Assembly: GCA_977020255.1 (NCBI GenBank)
Contig: CDROCS010000103.1
Location: 620,001-684,000, forward strand
Direction: 5' to 3'
From: Obrimoposthia wandeli
Lineage: Eukaryota
DNA length: 64,000 nucleotides
Each line of letters starts with the position of its first letter. The stretch's first letter is position 1. The translations under genes were made by a program, and so were the position numbers. A model generated the notes under the pieces. The model was not told the origin of the DNA and searched no databases. It saw only the letters and a list, made by a program, of their open reading frames with translations. Below are positions 41,401 through 51,149 of this stretch, in pieces.

Positions 41401-42789
41401 TTTTTGTTAGACTCAATCACAACTCACCACGCTGTGTGACTTCTAGCCGCAGTCATTTCTTTGTTAAGACGTCATTAACCACTGAAAATGTCGATTCAAC
41501 TGGGTAGCTTGAAGGAATAGGCAGTTGCAACTCACATTATAAAATTAAATATTTTAATTTGTAGCATGTCTGTCTTCATCCAGCATTCATTCTACGTTTG
41601 TCTAACCTTGATATTCATTTTTTTTCTGCATCAATAACTTTAAATTATCCTCCTAGAAACTTAACTATCACTCTGTAGTCCTCACAGCTATTCATTAGTT
41701 TCTGGAGTCATGTCATAAGCTGATAGCTTACGTTTCCGACAAAAAAACAACTTTTTTATTAAAATTCATTTCGAAATATTGATTTATAAATAATTAAATT
41801 AGTCCAATTAAATTGCCTTTATTTTAAAAATGAATGAATCGTAGAAAATGTATGATTATTCTTTTAGTGCAATTCATTTTAGATATTTTTCAATGCTCTT
41901 AAAAGCTTTTTAAGTTGTTAAAATTTATTTTACAGTTCTGTATTTAAGTTTGTTATTTTAAGTTTAAAATAATTTGTAAGTGGCGAGTTTAAAACGCCTT
42001 TTCGCTTTGCGTACACAGTGCATTGTGAAGTAACAATTATTAACAAGCATACACGGATGTGGCAACAGAGAAAATTAATGAAGAGTCATATTTCGAGTAA
42101 ACTGGACTGGCGGCGAAATGACAATTGGAATTATTAAAACCGACATCATGAAATATTGATCGGAGTCTATTTACAAAATTCAGAATGGAACGACAGTCAA
42201 CTTGCTAATGAAATGATGACAGCAATTTGGTGGTGGCTAATTCGTTTTCCCGGAGATTACTATCACAATTGATGGGGATTAATTTACTTCTAGTAGGATT
42301 CAAAGTCATTTGTGATCACTTAAATGTTTGTGAATAAAAACAAAGTAATGAGAACAGAATAAAAAAGAATCATAAATTGAAATTAGTTTTTACACATTAT
42401 TTGTAAAACATTCATTACTTTTCCAATCTTTTTCGTGAAAGCTCTGTATTTAATGACTCAATTAATTTACACATTTGAGAGTATTTGCCCATTTTTACAT
42501 ACTACATAAAAATCAGTGCAAATCGATTGTCAGGCGTGAAGAAAGAACGAAATACTTATCAAACCATTCCCCTCGGGAAAGATTACATCTGCAGTGTGTT
42601 GTATCTGGTAAATCGACTGTTTCAAAGTACTGGATATATAAGTTCTTTCTTAGAAACTTTAAATTGAAGTCGCAAGATGTTTGTCGATATGTTCGAAGCA
42701 CCAAAAATGATTCTGGTTTTCATAGCGATCATCAACATACATCAAGCGTCAAAGTACTTTTTTATGAAACCATTTAATAGCTTAGTCAT

Positions 42790-43015
42790 ACCACAGTAGT
42801 AGGTAGAAGGATGGAGTCTAGACCACTTGACCCCCCCCCTAAAGGGTGACATACCATAAGGATGTCTCGCCACACCATAAGGGTATATGTTGCCTCACCT
42901 CCGGTGACCCAACATATACCCTTATGGTATGGCAAGACACCCTTTAGGAGGAGGCGGGAGGCGGGGAGGGGTCAAGTGATCTAGACTCCATCCTTCCTTG
43001 ATATACTACTATGGT
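42790..43015. repeat. ~225-bp imperfect palindrome (fold-back)
   Basis: GAAGGATGGAGTCTAGACCACTTGACCCC pairs with GGGGTCAAGTGATCTAGACTCCATCCTTC; inner CCATAAGGGTATATGTTG pairs with CAACATATACCCTTATGG; apex TCACC-TCC-GGTGA near 42902. Confidence 0.95.
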
Positions 43016-43028
43016 CGTCCATAGTTTA

Positions 43029-43258
43029 AAGGGTCAAGTGGCTTAGTCTCCACCCTTCTTTTTGTGATATACCACTATGAAAGGGTCAATTGGCTTAGTC
43101 TCCACCCTTCTTTTTGTGGTCTAGTCTCCACCCTTCTTTTAGTGATCTAGTCTCCACCCTTCTTTTTGTGATCTAGTCTCCACCCTTCTTTTTGGCTAAC
43201 TACTAATTCAAAGGATCAAGTGGCTTAGTCTCCACCCTTCTTTTTTTGTGATCTAGTC
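43029..43258. repeat. Six copies of AGTCTCCACCCTTCTTTT, variants of the palindrome's right arm
   Basis: Directly visible; related to AGACTCCATCCTTC at ~42983. Confidence 0.92.
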
Positions 43259-43262
43259 CATA

Positions 43263-43505
43263 ATGAAAATTTATGATAAAGTTCACTCTTAACAATTAAG
43301 AAATGTGGTTTTTAACACACACATACACTATTTTATGTGAAATTTATGATAAAGTTCACTCTTATCAATTAAGAAATGCGGTTTTTTAACACACACATAC
43401 ACTATTTTATGTGAAATTTAAACTAAAGTTCACTCTTATAAGTTAATGAATGTATTACGTAATCACACACATACTATTTTATGTGAAATTTAGATCAAAG
43501 TTTTT
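43263..43505. repeat. ~73-bp tandem repeat, about 3.3 copies
   Basis: GAAATTTA...AAAGTTCACTCTTA...ACACACATAC..CTATTTTATGT repeated. Confidence 0.92.
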
Positions 43506-43620
43506 CCTAGGCTTTCACATTTATAGAATTATGATAAAATTTCTTTAAATAACTTCAATTATATATTAAAATAAAAAGAAAATAAGAAAGAAGTCAGAGA
43601 ATAATACAAAATTAAACACA

Positions 43621-43626
43621 TTTATT
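43621..43626 (-). terminator. Candidate polyadenylation signal of the LTR
   Basis: AATAAA on the minus strand followed by TGTGTTT and a T-rich tract; an alternative AATAAA lies at 44046-44041. Confidence 0.4.
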
Positions 43627-44313
43627 ATGTAATTTCATAATATCATCTTCAAACTTAAGTGAATAACATTTACAAAGTAAGAAAGTCTATTCTTTATACA
43701 TTCTTTTCGTTTCAACGACTAAGTTACAACGGAATTAATAGAAAATTAGTAAAAATATTAATTTATTTGAATATTTGAATGAGAGTTTGAATAAATGAGA
43801 GGTAGAATGAATGTAAATGAATAAAATTATGCATGTGTTGGGGTTTCTATACGAAACTTGGTATAGAGCCTCTTGAGTGCGGAGGGCCCCAACGTGAGTT
43901 CGATTAGAAGCAGGTCTTAAAGTTGGTCGTGGCCTACTTAGTGTTATGGTTGCCTAATCTCTTGTACTATCTGAAGGTATTTGATTTGATGTCTCTTAGT
44001 CTGAAGGGTGTAAAACAACTTGTTCTAATGTAGGAAATTGTTTATTTGTAATTCACGTAACTAACACAACAATACGTTTATGTACGTATTTCTAAAAAGT
44101 ATGATAAAATTCCTAAAGGACTTCTGTAAGTCTCTACAAGAAGTGGGGATGAACCACGTATCGATTTTACGTTCAGGTGATTAAGCTTTTAGGTTTGTTC
44201 TTCTTACTTAGGTTGGTTAATCTATAACGCAACTCTCTTAAATTTCTTCGCTCCTACTTCTTATCTCTAGATAAAGTTTCTTGGTTCCTTAACTCTATCT
44301 GTGTGTGTTTGAC

Positions 44314-44749
44314 CCGAATTGTCCACTGTGAACAATGGGTCTCCTAAAAACCTAATTGTCAAGATGACAATGAAAAACTTACTCCTAATTGTCAACTACG
44401 GACAATGAACGAACCGAATTGTCAGCTAGGGACAATGAGTCTTACCGAATTGTCTACTAGGGACAATGAGTATTTATCCGAATTGTCAACTAGGGACAAT
44501 GAATGAACCTAATTGTCAGCTAGGGACAATGAATCTTACGGGTAAAAAGTCTGGGTGTGATTCCTAATTGTCGCTGGGGACAATGAATAAATGTCAGATC
44601 TTAATTACCAACTAGGGGCAATGATTTTGTTAAAGAGTCGGATTGTCCTAATTGCCAGCTAGGGGCAATGAATCTGTGTATTAGTTTAAAATTTAGAATT
44701 ACCAACAAGGGGTAATGACAGTATCCTAATTGCCAACTAGGGGCAATGA
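44314..44749. repeat. Array of 12 ~25-bp palindromic units (6-bp arms, mostly 7-nt loop) with variable 5-30 bp spacers
   Basis: Consensus CCKAATTGYC-ARCTAGG-GRCAATGA; units at about 44314, 44351, 44384, 44414, 44445, 44478, 44508, 44563, 44600, 44647, 44694, 44725. Confidence 0.95.
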
Positions 44750-44891
44750 ATAGTTTAGTTGGTGTTCTTACCAGTTACGGCAACTAGTGGGACGTCCGAT
44801 GCAGGATCCGTAGATCTTTCGGAATCTTCTTCGAAACAGAGCTTATTACTTGTGGGAGGTTGAGTACACGCTTGAATATACTTTGACTTTG

Positions 44892-45463
44892 AATTATCTC
44901 CACTGACTTGAACCTTTAATACAATCAATTATCTCCACTGACTTGAACCTTTAATACAATCAATTAGCTCCACTGACTTGAACTTTTAATACAATCAATT
45001 ATCTCCACTGACTTGAACCTTTAATACAATCAATTATCTCCACTGACTTGAACTTTTACCTTTAATACAATCAATTATCTCCACTGACTTGAACTTTTAA
45101 TACAATCAATTATCTCCACTGACTTGAACCTTTAATACAATCAATTATCTCCACTGACTTGAACTTTTACCTTTAATACAATCAATTATCTCCACTGACT
45201 TGAACTTTTAATACAATCAATTATCTCCACTGACTTGAACCTTTAATACAATCAATTATCTCCACTGACTTGAACTTTTAATACAATCAATTATCTCCAC
45301 TGACTTGAACCTTTAATACAATCAATTATCTCCACTGACTTGAACTTTTACCTTTAATACAATCAATTATCTCCACTGACTTGAACTTTTAATACAATCA
45401 ATTATCTCCACTGACTTGAACTTTTAATACAATCAATTATCTCCACTGACTTGAACTTTTAAT
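44892..45463. repeat. 35/41-bp satellite, 16 copies, with a ~111-bp higher-order unit
   Basis: AATTATCTCCACTGACTTGAAC(C/T)TTTAATACAATC; 41-bp variants at units 5, 8 and 13. Confidence 0.96.
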
Positions 45464-45534
45464 GGACACTTGGCTTTTTGGACACGAGAACTTAATTGTT
45501 CGATTTGTGGTCAGGGAGTTGAATCCCGTATTTG

Positions 45535-45565
45535 TGATTTGGGTTTCTCCTGTCTGCCTTATATA
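45535..45565 (-). promoter_or_regulatory. Candidate LTR core promoter (TATA box plus initiator)
   Basis: Minus-strand TATATAA at 45565-45559 and TCA initiator with A at 45535, 30 nt downstream, oriented like the element's ORFs. Confidence 0.55.
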
Positions 45566-46255
45566 GAGGCACTGTACGTCAATCAATTGACAGCTGCTAA
45601 CGATTTGGTTCGGAAGATATCGGAGAGGCAAGGACTGGAATGTCAATCAATTGACAGCTGAAATTGAAATTTAGTTTACTGCACGAAAATGTGCTTACCT
45701 CTTGAAATCCTTGATTGACGTTTTTAATTAACCGTTTAATTTTCTGACTTTCTCCTTAATTAATTTTTTGTAACAATTGTCCTTTTTGGGTTAATTAATT
45801 TAACTTTTATACATTTTCGCATAATACACGACCTTCGTGGTCCTCCTAATTTTTACCCTAAATTCCACTAATTTTAATTTTAAAACTTAAATTAATATTT
45901 TAATTTAATTTTCAACCTTGCTTTCAAGGATTTTTATTTTAGTATTTAATCGACTAAAATATTTAAATTTCTTAATTCTCAATCCTAACATACCTCGGGG
46001 GTTTCAAAAAAGTTACGTCCCCGGAACGTATCGATTTTACTTAAATAAGCCTTTGGCTGTTGATTTTAGGTTCATCCCTACAAAATCAATCATTCAACTT
46101 CAACAAACATGCCCAAAAAAAAATTTTCCAAAATCCCGGTTTTTAGTGGGAAACATAATATATAATTTGGAGCAAGTCTCAAACCATACATTATTACTTA
46201 TAACAACTAAAAATTTACACAAAGGAAAGGTTCAAGGGTGATTGTCAGGGATATG

Positions 46256-46759
46256 TTAATTGTTCCTGTCTCGCAAGAATAGCAAGACCTGCTCCAGTGG
46301 TAGTTCTGGATACGATGGTGGGCCGCCATCGTACAGTATCATCTGCTGGCGCATGGTGAGGTGTTGACTCGGGTGGAAAATAGTTGTATATCGCCCGTGT
46401 ATTCCGCGATTTCTGAGCCATATTTGACGGCCACGCTGCCATGAGCGGGGGTCGCGAGTTGACCGGTATTTCTCGCGGAGGACGAGTTTCGCATCGCGAC
46501 GGCGCGCGATACAGTCGGGGCAATGGCAGTGCTCGCCACCAATACAGCTGGTGAGCGAATGGGTGCCCTTGTGGCGCCCTCGACACTGTAGTGTCCATTC
46601 CGCGAAGGGAGTACGGCAAAAGGGGCAATTGACATGTCCTTCGGGTCGAAGTCGGGCCCAAGTATATAGGCAGGATTCGTGGAATTTGTGACGGCAGCCG
46701 ACAGGGGATGCTGATACCGCCCAAATTTTCTCCATGCATACAGCGCACTTCATCTGCAT
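46256..46759 (-). CDS. RING-H2 protein 3 (167 aa) with extra Cys cluster and C-terminal PPSY motif
   Basis: CAVC...CRHKFHESC...CPFC (C3H2C3); SC...HCHCPDC; PPSY near the C-terminus; intact ORF. Confidence 0.88.
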   Translation of the reverse strand: MQMKCAVCMEKIWAVSASPVGCRHKFHESCLYTWARLRPEGHVNCPFCRTPFAEWTLQCRGRHKGTHSLTSCIGGEHCHCPDCIARRRDAKLVLREKYRSTRDPRSWQRGRQIWLRNRGIHGRYTTIFHPSQHLTMRQQMILYDGGPPSYPELPLEQVLLFLRDRNN

Positions 46760-47092
46760 AAGAAAATAACTCCTTTCAATTTGGGGTTCACCGTTCTCAT
46801 CGTTAATTTAAATTTTATTTCAAAACGAATCCTTAGTTATCTAATCCTATCGAGTTTTGTTTCGATTTTAGGCATGTTTACGCATTCACACTAAGCATAA
46901 AAATTGTCTTTTTAGAAATTCAGTATAATAATTACAATTTCAGTTAAACATCATACATAAAAATGGTAATGGTCAATTTACAGTTCACAAGATTATATAA
47001 TTATGATTACAATTATGGTAGCTAATTTATCGCGGTATGCGATACACAGGGTAGTTCATGATGTCACGTTCAAGTCAGAAAGTTACCTTCGA

Positions 47093-47398
47093 TTATTGTT
47101 GGGGATTGGGCTGGCCTGTGCTTCGCTCCTCCACGCAGAACGAGCACCAGCAATCGCAGATTGTTTTCCAGCAGTGTACGATGGGTACCACTGCTTGGAG
47201 GCTGTCTTGGTTGTACACGTAGTGTACTGAGAAGGTCGCTCTGCACATCGGGCAGGTTGGGAAGTCGAGGGGATTGTTGCTGTTGGCAATGGGGATCCAC
47301 GTCTCGAGGCATTCGACGTGGAAGAGGTGGTCGCAGTTGTTGGGCTTGGTGTAGAAGTCCACAATGCTCTCGTAGCAGATGGAACATTCTCCAGACAT
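47093..47398 (-). CDS. RING-H2 protein 2 (101 aa)
   Basis: CSIC...CDHLFHVEC...CPMC plus HCWKTICDCWCSFC; intact ORF. Confidence 0.9.
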   Translation of the reverse strand: MSGECSICYESIVDFYTKPNNCDHLFHVECLETWIPIANSNNPLDFPTCPMCRATFSVHYVYNQDSLQAVVPIVHCWKTICDCWCSFCVEERSTGQPNPQQ

Positions 47399-47458
47399 TA
47401 CTGTGGGAGGGTTGATGTTGAATTTGGGCTCGATTGAGGACTGGTGGTTGTGTGATGT

Positions 47459-47758
47459 TTACACAAAAGTGGTCTGATTTTGTCGATCTGACAAACAGTA
47501 ATAACACCAACACTCTCCGAAATTCTTCCAACAGAATACCACCTGTACATATACATCCTCTTGGTTGGGTTCTAACATGATGAATCTTGCGAATTGTCTT
47601 CTGCATACGGGGCAACAAGGGTATGTTGGATGTCCAAACTGTCCATAAGTTCTGATCCATGTCGATAAACATTCCTCGTGGTGTAAATGGTTGCAGGTTT
47701 CGGGTCTTGTTCTTCGTTCGGTTAGATCTTCCAAACATATTGGGCATTCTTCGGCCAT
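47459..47758 (-). CDS. RING-H2 protein 1 (99 aa)
   Basis: CPIC...CNHLHHEEC...CPVC plus FCWKNFGECWCYYC; clear paralog of RING 2. Confidence 0.9.
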   Translation of the reverse strand: MAEECPICLEDLTERRTRPETCNHLHHEECLSTWIRTYGQFGHPTYPCCPVCRRQFARFIMLEPNQEDVYVQVVFCWKNFGECWCYYCLSDRQNQTTFV

Positions 47759-47866
47759 TCTAAATACATGATGATGATTAATTTCTACATGAGTTTTATA
47801 TACTTCTACTATTTGTACAATCGCTTCTAGATATTTCTACATATTTCACACACTAATTTATCTACA

Positions 47867-47876
47867 ACCTCCTCTG
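47867..47876 (-). other. Candidate polypurine tract
   Basis: CAGAGGAGGT 5 nt after the last long ORF's stop and directly before TGTAGA; short for a PPT. Confidence 0.58.
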
Positions 47877-47881
47877 ACTCA

Positions 47882-50752
47882 TCATATCTTGATGGGAGGC
47901 GGAGGTAAGTCTAATTCCACTTCCTCCATGATGGGTGTGTCACAGCATCGCAATCCTTCGCATTTTCGTCGTATTCCTGGGCATACTTGACTGCCTTTTA
48001 CGCACACGATTGTCAATAAAACCACTGCTGTTGACACTACGGCCATTCCAATTAGGGCATTGACCGCTGTTATTCCGCTGTCTGATGATTTATAATCATA
48101 CTTCATTTTGTTGTTTGTTGGTTCGAATGACATTTCCATGGGTTTTGATCGGTTTCCATGTATTATGTCCGATTTTCTAAAAATTCGGGGATTTGGGTGT
48201 TTTGTTTCTGATGGAACAGGTATTATTATTTTGGATTGGAAATGATGTTTGGGATCTAGTGGGATCGTTCCCCTCACTCTTGTCCTCTTAATAATTGTAC
48301 TTTGGTTTCTGGACTTGGACTCTTTTTCTTTCGCTTCTGTCTTTGTTCTGATCACTGTCGGTTTTTCGGAATGTCGTTTACTTTCGTTTACTTTTGCCTT
48401 CTTTTTGACTAGGATTGGTCTTTTGGGAATGATTTTCCTGGGTTTGATACTTATACCGTATCTACGAAATCGACGGTTCTGGTATCTTAGAGTTATGTAG
48501 AATATTTCACCTGTTATTATCATGATTATGGTCGAGGTCTCTGTAGAATTACTGGCAATTCGATTACACAGACATTCTGTGTTAAAATGTGGTACTAACA
48601 TTTGGCTTTGGATTTCGAATCTGATTCCGCCATCTGGGTTGGGACACATTACTGTCACGCTGTCGGTTTCTAGCAATCTGAAAAATATCCTAACGGAATT
48701 CCATACGGCTTTGCGTCGTCTACCTGTGATCATAATCCTGTCGACAATTTTCCAGATGCGCTCATCTCTAGGCAATATTAATGACTTTGTTCGGATACTT
48801 TGGATAATCCGCTTCCTCTTTGATATTGTTATCCGTAGGTATAACACTCTTTCATGATACAATAATATTAAATTGTAATCGGGTGTATTTTGGTCGATTT
48901 TTATTCTGACCTGTCGGATGACATACAACTTCTGATCGATATTGTCAGTTGCTGACGTCTGTAGATGAATGTCTACTACGTGATCTGTTTTTAGTAGTGG
49001 AATTTCTATGTATACTGCCCGTATTACGTCTTGTCTCCATTTACTGATCATGATCTCATAACTAGCCTTGGTAGTGGTGATTTGTACGATCAGCATGATT
49101 CCTATGATCGTTCGATTCCTAAACTCAGGAACTTCAATGAAACAAGTCAAATTACTCATATAGTACGGTCTTTCCTCAATATGTTCATATATCGTTGGCT
49201 GGTACTCTGGTGCTGGTTCATCTAGAAATGGTGGTCTTGGTATAATTGTGTTGAATTTTTGTAAGTTCATTTGACCTGTTCGTCTTGCGAGATCATGCCT
49301 TTTCTTTTTTGATCTCAACTCTAACTTTGTACAACAAAACAAGATGAGTAATATTAATATTATAAATCCAATGATCAGTGCGAGTATTGGATTAACCAAT
49401 TCTAGAATACCGTAACGTACTGCTGGTATTCCTTTACTCTTGATGGTTAATATTTTAAATTTGTGTGCACTTTGGTTGGACATGTCACTGAGAAGCACTA
49501 TTTTAGTTTGTCCAAATATGTAGTCTTCACATGTGACAACACTAACTCCATAATGTCCATTAAGTGTTATCATTTCGGTCGCTGGGACTATACACATTCG
49601 TCCTGGACATCCTTTTACACACATGATCATCACGGCTCTACTGTGGGATGTCTTGATTATTTCCAGGGTGTTGTCTAGATTTCTCAAGTGTAAATTATAT
49701 TCGGATAGTGTCATCAATTCGGCTTTACTGGTTGGCATGGCTTGCAGTACCAATCCAATTACTACTCCATAAATCAATCCTTGTGCAACGGTGCACAGGG
49801 CCTTGACTGACCTTTTGCAAAGGGTTTTAATTATCAATCGTTTGAGAGATATCTGTTTCTGATTGGTTCGTTTTGTTGTCTGTCGTTGTTTTGACATCTC
49901 CTCGATTCCATCTCTTCCGATAATCAACTGTACCGGTTTACCTTGTATCGTCAACTTTCCGAATCCATTTTTGGCGGACAAGCATGTTTTATGTCCTTCC
50001 CTTGTTTCAATTATCACTCTCTTACTTCCATACTCACGTGTTTTGATGACATCGCCGTTGAATATATACGTTGGTCCTTTTGTATCAGCATCTTTTTGTA
50101 TTTCCTTTACAACTCGTTTTCTCCGCTTGCATCCGGCGAATGTTGTTGATATTCGGTCAAGTGTGTGCTGTCGGTCAGCTTCATAATATATTCGAAATTG
50201 ATTCAGTATTCTGTTTTGTGGGTAAAATATCGCTTCATTTACTATGTTGTCTTCGATCCTTTCGTCTAGATACACAAGCACTTTGTTCGTTGGTCCATTT
50301 GGTCTTTTCATCTTTACAAACTGAAATCTTTTACTGTCGGTTCTCATAGATCGAAGACATTTTCGGATGATCCATACATCAATTAGTCCTAACAACACTA
50401 ATAGCATCATTAGTGCCGGTGTATGGTACTGTATGGTGTAGTTGTGGATTTCGTTGAACCAGGAACTATTTCCGTGGTTGGAGCCTATCTCCTGTGCTCC
50501 CGTTATCGGCATTAGACAACTTAACAAGCCTATTGCTAACAATCTTTGGTATTGAAAGCTGGGCACTGTTGTTGTAGCTTCATTTGTTTCTCGTTGTTGC
50601 TTCCTCTTTTCGGTGTATTTTTCTATTTCTCGAACGAGTAACGGTTTGAATTCCGTATTTGGTCTATTCTGTTTGATGTAGACCATCGCTTCTTCTGGCG
50701 TGTGACCATGGTACTCTACCAACAAGGATACACCTATGGTAGGCGCTAACAT
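47882..50752 (-). CDS. 956-aa terminal reading frame: end of pseudo-DUSP, then three signal-peptide/ectodomain/TM units
   Basis: Open frame with alternating signal-like (LLAIGLLSCLMPITGA, GLIYGVVIGLVLQAMPTSKA, TIIGIMLIVQITTTKA) and TM-like (ALMMLLVLLGLIDVWII, PILALIIGFIILLILILFCC, ALIGMAVVSTAVVLLTIVCV) segments. Confidence 0.78.
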   Translation of the reverse strand: MLAPTIGVSLLVEYHGHTPEEAMVYIKQNRPNTEFKPLLVREIEKYTEKRKQQRETNEATTTVPSFQYQRLLAIGLLSCLMPITGAQEIGSNHGNSSWFNEIHNYTIQYHTPALMMLLVLLGLIDVWIIRKCLRSMRTDSKRFQFVKMKRPNGPTNKVLVYLDERIEDNIVNEAIFYPQNRILNQFRIYYEADRQHTLDRISTTFAGCKRRKRVVKEIQKDADTKGPTYIFNGDVIKTREYGSKRVIIETREGHKTCLSAKNGFGKLTIQGKPVQLIIGRDGIEEMSKQRQTTKRTNQKQISLKRLIIKTLCKRSVKALCTVAQGLIYGVVIGLVLQAMPTSKAELMTLSEYNLHLRNLDNTLEIIKTSHSRAVMIMCVKGCPGRMCIVPATEMITLNGHYGVSVVTCEDYIFGQTKIVLLSDMSNQSAHKFKILTIKSKGIPAVRYGILELVNPILALIIGFIILILLILFCCTKLELRSKKKRHDLARRTGQMNLQKFNTIIPRPPFLDEPAPEYQPTIYEHIEERPYYMSNLTCFIEVPEFRNRTIIGIMLIVQITTTKASYEIMISKWRQDVIRAVYIEIPLLKTDHVVDIHLQTSATDNIDQKLYVIRQVRIKIDQNTPDYNLILLYHERVLYLRITISKRKRIIQSIRTKSLILPRDERIWKIVDRIMITGRRRKAVWNSVRIFFRLLETDSVTVMCPNPDGGIRFEIQSQMLVPHFNTECLCNRIASNSTETSTIIMIITGEIFYITLRYQNRRFRRYGISIKPRKIIPKRPILVKKKAKVNESKRHSEKPTVIRTKTEAKEKESKSRNQSTIIKRTRVRGTIPLDPKHHFQSKIIIPVPSETKHPNPRIFRKSDIIHGNRSKPMEMSFEPTNNKMKYDYKSSDSGITAVNALIGMAVVSTAVVLLTIVCVKGSQVCPGIRRKCEGLRCCDTPIMEEVELDLPPPPIKI

Positions 50753-51060
50753 CGTACCTTTTTCTGATATATCAGAACGCCGTTTCCTTCTGTGACTTCA
50801 GCTTGGATGGTTTGAGTCAATTTCGTCAGATGTTGTTGTGCATCGTTTATTTCTCGATTGGAAGCATGTATGTATCGAGTGGTGTCGTCTTCAGTATTTT
50901 GACACAGACTAATTATCTCGTTTCCGACTTCAACAATGTTGATTACTCGGTTGATACTATGGAACTTCAATCCAGCAGTATCTATATCTCCTGGATGACA
51001 TAAAAATACTTTTGGCATTATCTGTGTAATTTTATCGACTCCGGCTAAAAATAACCCGGT
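50610..51060 (-). other. Degenerate second dual-specificity phosphatase domain (pseudophosphatase)
   Basis: ITQIMPKVFL, INRVINI, GNGVLIY, TIGVSLLVEYHGHTPEEAMVYIKQNRP parallel the first DUSP, but the P-loop reads YQKKGTMLA (no Cys/Arg) across a frameshift in an A5 run at ~50760. Confidence 0.7.
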
Positions 51061-51149
51061 CAATGATAATGCTTGGAGGAAATTCTTTTCCTTTGGATCC
51101 TCAGGAATGTCGTCCATCCGTCTTTGTTCTTGCAACAGAAGTTGGTAAT

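Larger units (their letters stand above)
42790..47866 (-). repeat. Putative 3' LTR (~5.1 kb): U3 47866-45536, R from ~45535 to ~43600, U5 to ~42790
   Basis: Minus strand reads stop codon, CAGAGGAGGT, then TGTAGA at 47866; TATA/Inr at 45565/45535; AATAAA plus GT-rich tract at ~43626. No clear terminal CA was found at the left end and the 5' LTR is outside the window. Confidence 0.62.

Noticed and set aside
41031-42777. Possible host exons (41031..41252, 42040-42330, 42475..42777)
   Set aside because: No recognisable domain and no consistent splice or frame pattern; cannot be supported without transcripts.
44314-44749. CRISPR array (palindromic repeats with unique spacers)
   Set aside because: Spacers are 5-30 bp and irregular, there are no cas genes, and the context is a eukaryotic retrotransposon LTR.
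45500-45520. tRNA or tRNA-derived SINE at GGGATTCAACTCCC (minus strand)
   Set aside because: Only a 4-bp hairpin resembling a T-loop; no D arm, anticodon arm or acceptor stem.
46245-47747. Alternative-frame ORFs 46245..46748 and 47070..47747 overlapping the RING genes
   Set aside because: No recognisable motifs; expected in GC-rich coding DNA with few stops. Not excluded, but unsupported.
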